Assembly: GCA_964384105.1 (NCBI GenBank)
Contig: CAYLJV010000005.1
Coordinates: forward strand, 24,576-88,575
Source of the DNA: Candidatus Hadarchaeota archaeon
GTDB lineage: Archaea > Hadarchaeota > Hadarchaeia > Hadarchaeales > JAGGTB01
Direction: 5' to 3'
Length of the DNA: 64,000 nt
The translations under genes and the position numbers were made by a program. Below are positions 57,295-64,000 of this stretch, piece after piece. Numbering within the stretch: position 1 is the stretch's first letter; each line of letters opens with the position of its first letter. The notes beneath the pieces were generated by a model that saw only the letters and a program-made list of their open reading frames with translations, was not told the DNA's origin and made no database searches.

Positions 57295-57891
57295 ATGACT
57301 AAAAAACGAATGAGCACTGAGGAAAGACAGAAGGAGATCCTCGATGTTGCATTGAATATTATCCACAAGGATGGGTACAAGAACCTGACCGTCCGGAACA
57401 TAGCTAATAGGATAGACATTTCGGAGCCGGCGGTCTATAGGCACTTCGATAATAAGGAGGATATAGTGCGGAGCCTTGCTGAGATGATGTTTAATGAGAA
57501 TAGTCCGGATATTGATCAGGAGATGTACGAAGATCCTCATTCTTTGCTCAAGGAAATTCTAAATAGTCAGTTTGAAGAGTTGGAGGAAGATCCTAATGTT
57601 ACGGCTGTCCTATTTCATGGCGAACTCTTTAGAGAGTTTCCAGAGGTCGAAAGGCTCTTTGTGAAACACAGACAGAAAAAGAAAGAGTTCTTGAAAAAAG
57701 TTGTAAGGGAAGGACAGGAGAGGGGGTATTTTTCCAACGATGTGAACCCAGAAATATTTGCCCTGATTTTCATGGGAAGCGTCAGGATGTCCGCGCTCGA
57801 ATGGAGAGGCGAAGGATTCTCCTATTCTCTGACGGGAAAAACCGATCAGATCGCGAATGAGTTGTTCAAAATACTGGAGAGAGGCGATTGA
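57295..57891 (+). CDS. TetR family regulator
   Basis: RQKEILDVAL...TVRNIA...ISEPAVYRHF..KE. Confidence 0.92.
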   Translation: MTKKRMSTEERQKEILDVALNIIHKDGYKNLTVRNIANRIDISEPAVYRHFDNKEDIVRSLAEMMFNENSPDIDQEMYEDPHSLLKEILNSQFEELEEDPNVTAVLFHGELFREFPEVERLFVKHRQKKKEFLKKVVREGQERGYFSNDVNPEIFALIFMGSVRMSALEWRGEGFSYSLTGKTDQIANELFKILERGD

Positions 57892-58544
57892 TCTTGGCAA
57901 GTGAGAAGTTAAAGTACAATCTCCGGATAGCGTCTGAGATCACTTTCTTCACTTTTTTTATCCTAGTCTTACTCTTAGGGTTTACCCAGTTATGGATCGC
58001 AATTTTTGGTATTGGTGTGTTAGTGTCTATCGCTTTCAGCAGATTTTACTGCGGATGGATGTGCCCTATGGGAGCGTTGGCCCGCCCGATAGGATGGTTA
58101 TACGAAAAAACACGGGTAAACAGGAGAAAAACGCCTTCCATCCTTAGAAAGAGAGAAGTACGGTGGATGGCTTTGATCGCTTTTATTTTAGCTATATTAT
58201 ACTTCAGGATCTCTGGGGCACAAATACCCGTGTTTTTAATCGTCGTTCTGATAGGTGTCGGGGGTTTTCTCGTATTCGAGGAGGAAGCGTTTCATAAACA
58301 CCTGTGTCCGTATGGAACGATTCTGTGCGTATCCTCAAAATACGCAAAATACGGAATGCGCGTGGATGAATCCGGATGTATCGGATGCGGAAAGTGTCAG
58401 AAAGTCTGTCCAAATAACACCATTGTTACCCTGGATTCGGGAGCGAGAAGGATCGAAAACAGTGAATGCTTGACATGTTTCAGGTGTGAAGCGGCGTGCC
58501 CCGTTGATGCGATCGAGTACGGAGGCGGTGGTGGAGCCGAGTGA
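57888..58544 (+). CDS. Membrane 4Fe-4S protein (NapH/MauN-like)
   Basis: RFYCGWMCPMG, HKHLCPYG, and two CxxCxxCxxxCP motifs. Confidence 0.85.
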   Translation: MILASEKLKYNLRIASEITFFTFFILVLLLGFTQLWIAIFGIGVLVSIAFSRFYCGWMCPMGALARPIGWLYEKTRVNRRKTPSILRKREVRWMALIAFILAILYFRISGAQIPVFLIVVLIGVGGFLVFEEEAFHKHLCPYGTILCVSSKYAKYGMRVDESGCIGCGKCQKVCPNNTIVTLDSGARRIENSECLTCFRCEAACPVDAIEYGGGGGAE

Positions 58545-59023
58545 ACCTAACTGCGATTTTAATAAACGTTCTCGCATTCCTCGGTCTAGGCGTGGCTTTC
58601 TTCAAGGATCGAGAAAAGGCGATGAAATCCCTCAGAGTAGCGGGGAAGTCCCTTTTCAAAATTCTGCCGATGATCCTCATCATCGTGATCGTCGTCGGAC
58701 TTCTCTTAGGATTTGTTCCTCCGGATCAAATAGCAAGATTTTTCGGTGAACAAACAGGGATATTTGGAGTTCTCATAATCGGGGGTATAGGAGCCATAAT
58801 GCATATCCCATCCCTAATAGCCTTCCCGCTTGCGGCCTCTCTGCTGGAGAGCGGTGCTTCGATAATGGCGGCCGCGGCTTTCATCACCACCTTGACGATG
58901 ATCGGGACGGTCTACCTCCCAATGGAGATGAGAGTGCTCGGGAAGAAATTTGCCCTTTTGAGGAATGGTCTTAGCTTCGTCGTGGCCATAATAATTTCTA
59001 TTCTAATGGGGTTGATACTTTGA
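58541..59023 (+). CDS. Permease, DUF318/ArsP-like half
   Basis: Hydrophobic, with P.LIAFPLAASLL..GA and E...LG.KFALLRN. Confidence 0.7.
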   Translation: MNLTAILINVLAFLGLGVAFFKDREKAMKSLRVAGKSLFKILPMILIIVIVVGLLLGFVPPDQIARFFGEQTGIFGVLIIGGIGAIMHIPSLIAFPLAASLLESGASIMAAAAFITTLTMIGTVYLPMEMRVLGKKFALLRNGLSFVVAIIISILMGLIL

Positions 59024-59580
59024 AACCCGAGAGCGGTACTGAGAAGAAGAAATCCAAAAAGAGTGTGCTTAAGGATTGGATTCTCCTCGGTCTTGCGGCA
59101 GCGGCCATGGCTGTTATCCTGACGATCTTCCCCGAAAAGGTAAGTCCGGTTCTCTCAACATCGACCGACTATCTTATTGAGATGATCTGGATACTTCCAG
59201 CAGTGATGGTGCTCATCGGACTTTTCAAGGTTTGGGTTTCAAAGGATATGGTCGTGAGATATTTGGGGAAGGCCTCCGGATTGAAGGGGATTCTGATTGC
59301 AGTCATCCTTGGAGCGACGCCGACCGGACCGCTCTATGTGGCTTTTCCGTTATCTGCGGCGATGCTCAAGAAGGGAGCTCGCGTACTGAACATTATCGTC
59401 TTTCTCTCCGCCTGGGCCTGTATAAAACTACCTCAAGAGATGGTGGAGCTGCAGTTTCTCGGCCTGAACTTCATGGTCACCAGGCTGGTACTGACAATCT
59501 TGCTTGTATCAATCATGGGGTTCCTCATAGAGAAGATAATCGAGAGGAGTGAGTTGGAGGGGGAAATAAGTGAATTCTAG
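59020..59580 (+). CDS. Permease, DUF318/ArsP-like second half
   Basis: GPLYVAFP..A.MLKKGA, FLSAWACIKLP.E..E..FLG..F...R. Confidence 0.7.
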   Translation: MKPESGTEKKKSKKSVLKDWILLGLAAAAMAVILTIFPEKVSPVLSTSTDYLIEMIWILPAVMVLIGLFKVWVSKDMVVRYLGKASGLKGILIAVILGATPTGPLYVAFPLSAAMLKKGARVLNIIVFLSAWACIKLPQEMVELQFLGLNFMVTRLVLTILLVSIMGFLIEKIIERSELEGEISEF

Positions 59581-59663
59581 CTCAACTTGGACCCTTAAGA
59601 TCCTTTTGAATCCTTTTTGTATGATTGATTGCTTTCAAGACATCCAAGAAGGTGGTTCGACAA

Positions 59664-59793
59664 ATGAAGAAGAAAGATGATCGTTATTCAGTGAGGGTAA
59701 AAGCTAGCGAAAAATTGAGGATCTTACAGCGGTAAAAAGAGCATCTTTCAAAGTCGAGAGGAGAGGGATTTAGTGGGTTATCTTGGATCCGTT
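59664..59793 (+). pseudogene. Possible decayed N-terminus of an ABC ATPase
   Basis: Frameshifted fragments DLTAVKRASFKVE and VGYLG resemble the start of ABC ATPases such as 47697-48656. Confidence 0.3.
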
Positions 59794-59853
59794 TGAAATT
59801 ACAAAATATAGGAAAAAGGAGGTGAAAAGATACAAGTTTTTGATCTCAAAGAA

Positions 59854-60126
59854 ATGGAATCAAAGGAAAGAGCTACCGTCTTTTATGAGGCCGACGAGTT
59901 TAGTTCCAGGCTCATCACTCTACCGAGTGATGGAAAAATACCTCCCTGTGATATGGATTCCTACGTACTCTTCTACGTGATCAGTGGAAAGGTAAGGGTT
60001 ACGGTTGATGGGAAGGAGAAAGTGCTCGAAGAACAGGAATGCTTGGTTACAGAGCCCGCCAGGTTGTCCATGAATAGCGAAAAAGGAGCAAAAATTCTGG
60101 GATTACAGGTAGAAAAAAGAGGATAA
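59854..60126 (+). CDS. Small cupin-fold protein
   Basis: IPPC.M...VLFYVISGKVRVTVDG.E..L....CLV.EP. Confidence 0.65.
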   Translation: MESKERATVFYEADEFSSRLITLPSDGKIPPCDMDSYVLFYVISGKVRVTVDGKEKVLEEQECLVTEPARLSMNSEKGAKILGLQVEKRG

Positions 60127-60832
60127 TAAAGGCTCTCCTCTGAACGGTTTCAAACCCTGATTAGTTATCTGGATTTGGAACCTGAAGATTCTTTTCTCCT
60201 CAGATTTGGAGCGTCGATCTCTGAAGCTATCTTTCAATGTCTTTAATTGTCCTTGATAGATACAGACGAATTTAGGCTTAACTTTGGTTCGAATCCGGGG
60301 AGTTCTTTAAAATTCCAGAAGTTTACGATAATTTGTAAAAAATAGGCCAAAATATGAGAGCTGCTTCGATAAGCAATTAAGTGAACAGGCCAAATGAAAA
60401 AGAAATTGGAAATTTTTTCCGGACAGTCTCAATTATTTCAACACTTTTAGGTGGAATCTTAATAGGGTTAGACATTAATAAATTAGCATCTAGTCAGGAC
60501 GCTCTTTGGTTGTGATGAGCTCGGAATCCCAAAATTTCGGGAAAAGGATCGCTCCTTTTGAAAATAATATTTTGTACGGTTCCATACTACTTAGTGCAAG
60601 CAAAATTATTGGGTCATAGACGAAATCTACCAATTGACTGAACCTGTGGTCGAAATACACATAAAAAAGTAGGTGAGACTGAGAGTAGCATTTCAAGTTA
60701 AGCTCGCTTTCCAATTTTTATGAAGGATTACTTGACCTCTGTTAAATATCAAAAATTTCTATAACTTTGGTAGAATCTTAGACAAGAAAAAACTCGCTAG
60801 AAGATAATTCAAGAATTATTTGGGAAGGTAAT

Positions 60833-61894
60833 TCAAATTTCAGATCTCTCAATTTTTAGTAAAGCTTTCAAAAAATCTTTAGGTTTCAACCCTGCGAACT
60901 TAATGTGTTTTTCAGAGAAAAATTTTTCTATTATTTTTTCCAGATTATCTCTACTATAAAACTCCCCCCTCAGCTCATTCTCAAGCTCTTTTACAGCTCC
61001 TCTTGGGTGAATAAAGAAATCACCATTAATCCGAATATCGTGGATAATGTCATCCTCAAAATCAACGGCTACCTTGATCACGCCCTTTTCAGCCTTATAG
61101 ACAGAGGTTTTATCGTAAGAATTGGTTTTTTGAAATACCCATTCCTTTTTTCCGTATTTTTTTTGGTAGAGAGCATCAGCCAAATTTCTTTCTTTCTGAG
61201 TTAATCCATTATTGATAAAATCAAGCTCTAAGACCTTATTAAACCCATTTACTATACTGGTTTTAACATCCTCCATATCGATTTTATTCTTGAGTTCCCT
61301 CCTAATCGACGTAACACTATCAGAGATTTGATTAACGTTCTTATCTTCGAACTTCTCTTTGGAAATCTTGAGAACTCTACTCATCCTCTCGATATCTACG
61401 TCTACCGATATAGTTCCGTGGTGGAGGATTATTTTATATAGTCTATGCTGTGAAGATCCTGATATCTTCTTACCATTTAGCAAAATATCGTTTATCGGTC
61501 TGAATTCCGTTTTAATACCTATTGAACTAAGTCCTTTGATTACTGCTTCGCTGAATAGTTCGTAAGTCCTGTTTATTTCTTCAGACTCTGACATAAATCC
61601 CTCATCGACTATAATAGAGTATTGTAGAGCACCTTCATCTAGATAAATAGCTCCTCCCGACGAAACTCTTCTGACTACTTCAATCCCCTTTCTCCTGCAG
61701 AATTTTAGATCTACTTCCTCTTTTGGGTCCTGAAAGCAGCCTACGCTTACTATTTCGGGGTGTTGCCATATACGGAGCGTATTAGGACTTCTACTCTCAA
61801 TTCTCTCTCTTAATATTGCTTCTTCGATAGCCAAATTCATGGCAGGATTAGGGGAACTGAAATTGAGTAACCTCCAGACCATATTTTCGCACAT
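60833..61894 (-). CDS. lplA: Lipoate-protein ligase A with C-terminal domain
   Basis: NLAIEEA, RRVSSGGAIYLD, NDI..NGKKISGS, HHGT, I.GDFF.HP. Confidence 0.88.
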   Translation of the reverse strand: MCENMVWRLLNFSSPNPAMNLAIEEAILRERIESRSPNTLRIWQHPEIVSVGCFQDPKEEVDLKFCRRKGIEVVRRVSSGGAIYLDEGALQYSIIVDEGFMSESEEINRTYELFSEAVIKGLSSIGIKTEFRPINDILLNGKKISGSSQHRLYKIILHHGTISVDVDIERMSRVLKISKEKFEDKNVNQISDSVTSIRRELKNKIDMEDVKTSIVNGFNKVLELDFINNGLTQKERNLADALYQKKYGKKEWVFQKTNSYDKTSVYKAEKGVIKVAVDFEDDIIHDIRINGDFFIHPRGAVKELENELRGEFYSRDNLEKIIEKFFSEKHIKFAGLKPKDFLKALLKIERSEI

Positions 61895-61971
61895 TGAATT
61901 CGATTGTATTTAAAAATATAGGTTTGTGAAAGAGAATATTTTATTAATAATTAAATTTTAATTCCGGCAAC

Positions 61972-62667
61972 ATGGAAGAACAGCTCTGCCCGCTCTGTGG
62001 AGAAGGACTTAAGCCAGGCTCTGGTAGGTTCTCCTGTACTTATTGTGGCAAAGAAGAGGAAGATGATTTCATTTGTCCTAATGGACACTATATTTGTGAG
62101 GAATGCAGACTAGCTTCTCCAAATGACTTAATATTAAGAACCTGTAGAAACTCCAGTAATAAAGATCCCATGAAAATTGCTCTTCTCCTTATGAAACATC
62201 CGGCTATAATCATGTTCGGGCCTGCTCACCACCATATCGTAAGCTGCACTCTCATAAAAGCAGTCCATAATCTCGAACCTGATAAGACAACTCACCTAAA
62301 CTCATCGCTAAAGAAAGCTATAAAGAGAGGTGAAAACTTAACTTACGGTTCATGTGGTCTTCTCGGAGTTTGTGGAGCTGCTAGTGGAGTGGGCATAGCT
62401 CTTAGCGTTCTAACTGGGGCAAACTACATGTCTGGTGAGGAGCGATCCTTAGCATTAAAGGCTACCTCCTGTGCTCTGGAGAAAATAGCAGATATTGGAG
62501 GTCCTCGATGTTGCAAGTTAAGCACGTTTATTTCTATCGAAGTAGGAGAGAAGTTCATAAAAGATAATCTCGAATCTGATATGTCTGTTTCACGAGCACC
62601 CCAACCCTGTCCCTATATTGAACTCAATGAAGACTGTCTGGGAACCAGATGTCCTTACTACGAATAA
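61972..62667 (+). CDS. Cys-rich protein (Zn finger plus DUF5714-like domain)
   Basis: CPLC, CTYC, CPNGHYICEEC, GPAHH, CG..G.CG, GGPRCCK, terminal C...CPYY. Confidence 0.7.
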   Translation: MEEQLCPLCGEGLKPGSGRFSCTYCGKEEEDDFICPNGHYICEECRLASPNDLILRTCRNSSNKDPMKIALLLMKHPAIIMFGPAHHHIVSCTLIKAVHNLEPDKTTHLNSSLKKAIKRGENLTYGSCGLLGVCGAASGVGIALSVLTGANYMSGEERSLALKATSCALEKIADIGGPRCCKLSTFISIEVGEKFIKDNLESDMSVSRAPQPCPYIELNEDCLGTRCPYYE

Positions 62668-62771
62668 AAATATGTTCAAGTATTATTCTACTTCGTCAAA
62701 GTACCATTTATAGTTGGGATTACAGAGCACTTGGGAATAGTTATTAAAATTAAATTATATAAGGTGTTTCT

Positions 62772-63122
62772 ATGGAAAAAAGACGTATAGATCTGTATGT
62801 AGCTAATCCGCCAACTAAAAAGTGCAGACGACTTATAGAACTCGTTAAGGAAACTTCCAAAGAGGTACAAGAAGAAACATCCGCGAAGATAGAGATAAAT
62901 GTATTGAAAAGAGGTGAGCAGTCTTCTAACATCAGCCAATCCGATACATTAACTGCAGTAACGAAGTTATACAAAGCCTCGGCTCTCCCAAGTGTGATCG
63001 TTGATGGAGATATAAAATTTTTAGAAGAGATTCCTGATAAACAGAAGCTTAAAGAAGCTATTCTAGTGCCGGAAAATATTCCGGTCGTTAATCCTTTTGA
63101 AACTGCGAGAAACCGCAAATAG
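62772..63122 (+). CDS. Small thioredoxin-fold-like protein
   Basis: PPTKKC...LPSVIVDG.I...IP; AGGTG SD. Confidence 0.55.
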   Translation: MEKRRIDLYVANPPTKKCRRLIELVKETSKEVQEETSAKIEINVLKRGEQSSNISQSDTLTAVTKLYKASALPSVIVDGDIKFLEEIPDKQKLKEAILVPENIPVVNPFETARNRK

Positions 63123-63309
63123 TATCTGATAGTATTGCTAGTTTCAATGGAGACATGAATTGTCTCGTTCACTCTTTCCGAAACTCTTCCACAAGGTTTG
63201 TTTCGAATCACCACCATAGGAGAAGTAATCGGTACCTCTGAGATAGTTACCGTCCTCGAGCAGATAACCTTCCTGAATCTCGACTTTTTCTATTTACTCT
63301 TCAGAAAAG

Positions 63310-64000
63310 TCATTTCCCTCTTAAACTCTTCATAGCTCCACGCAATCCCCGGATCCCTGAAACTATAGTTGGCATTTTTTCTCGAGGTATCCCCACGTAC
63401 ATTTCCTCTCCTTGGAGCTTGCCGGCGGACCTGCAACCGTAACAACCTAGACTAAAGTTCACCTCGTTCTCCTTGTAAGGGTACACTGTAACATCCCCAC
63501 AAGAGGCCTGCATGCCTGCAAAGTTAGCAGTCAGCCGAGGACCCCCCTCTTCGAAGATCATCGAGTTTGCAACCCACATAGCTTGCTCTGGACGAGCTAC
63601 CAATACGATTACATCTGGATCAAAAGGCGCCTTATCCAACGGAGAAACTAAAGTTCCTAAAGTCCCATCTGTCGAAAGTTTCGGAATCTCTTCCATAATC
63701 CGTGCAGCAGCTTCTTGCGAAGAGGCGAGCCCGTGCATGTACGGCACCTTGCCGCTTTTGACTTTTTCAGGAAGCTTTGATATACCCAATGCGGCTTTTG
63801 CGGCTGCACAAGCATGTTGTTCTGCGGGAAGGTGGAAGATTGCGCCAAGGGCCCCCATATTTATCGAAACGCAGTGTCTAACCGGAAAGTCCAACTTTTT
63901 CACTTCCTCGGGGACCTCGCTCGGGTTCGAAACGAGTTTAATCGCGACAGGACTTTTCTCAAGATCAAGTATTTTTTGCAGAGAGTTTGACCAATCGACG
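63310..64000 (-). CDS. DUF169 family protein; starts beyond the window end
   Basis: PVAIKL, RHC, CAAA..ALG, PDVIV...P.QAM, QASC.D, SLGC.GCR. Confidence 0.8.
   Translation of the reverse strand, partial: VDWSNSLQKILDLEKSPVAIKLVSNPSEVPEEVKKLDFPVRHCVSINMGALGAIFHLPAEQHACAAAKAALGISKLPEKVKSGKVPYMHGLASSQEAAARIMEEIPKLSTDGTLGTLVSPLDKAPFDPDVIVLVARPEQAMWVANSMIFEEGGPRLTANFAGMQASCGDVTVYPYKENEVNFSLGCYGCRSAGKLQGEEMYVGIPREKMPTIVSGIRGLRGAMKSLRGK

Noticed and set aside
1052-59552. Many short shadow ORFs overlapping well-supported genes (e.g. 3533-3820, 10275-10808, 32076-32600, 44115-44582)
   Set aside because: Typical antisense or alternate-frame shadows of real genes, with no independent evidence.
60130-60830. 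700-bp gap with a 74-aa ORF
   Set aside because: No recognisable RNA structure, repeat or protein motif; possibly decayed DNA, but I cannot support a call.
62750-63217. 155-aa minus-strand ORF
   Set aside because: Antisense to the better-supported 62772-63122 gene, with no motif.

Overview
This is an archaeal chromosomal segment: it encodes MCM, Cdc6/Orc1, both PolD subunits and cDPG synthesis, has an acidic proteome, and often uses TTG/GTG starts behind GGTGA/GGAGG Shine-Dalgarno motifs. An MSBL1/Hadarchaeota-like lineage is a guess. Left to right: (1) apgM, an ACT protein and hom. (2) A 530-bp inverted-repeat-rich gap (candidate oriC), then a replisome operon mcm-gins-cdc6-DP1-HAD-DP2; the DP2 LAGLIDADG intein ends in Arg. 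(3) thrC, a GPN GTPase and dut. (4) A ~9.6-kb element integrated in tRNA-Ser(CGA) with a 22-bp att repeat. It carries an integrase and partner, a VapBC pair, a membrane-anchored HerA/T4CP-like ATPase fused to wHTH and PD-(D/E)xK domains with helically phased DNA repeats inside its own gene, and a REC-4xPAS kinase. (5) nrdDG, where NrdD starts with an NrdR-like Zn-ribbon plus ATP-cone. (6) A pst operon with a circularly permuted PstS, and PhoU. (7) A thyX-dCMP deaminase-pyr supercluster, a second pst operon, an ABC exporter and tRNA-Thr(CGT). (8) A cpgS-pgk2-CBS-tandem metallophosphoesterase cluster and tatD. (9) An accessory tail with ars genes, a TetR/ferredoxin/split-permease cassette, lplA and DUF proteins. 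All calls come from reading motifs by eye; no database searches were run.
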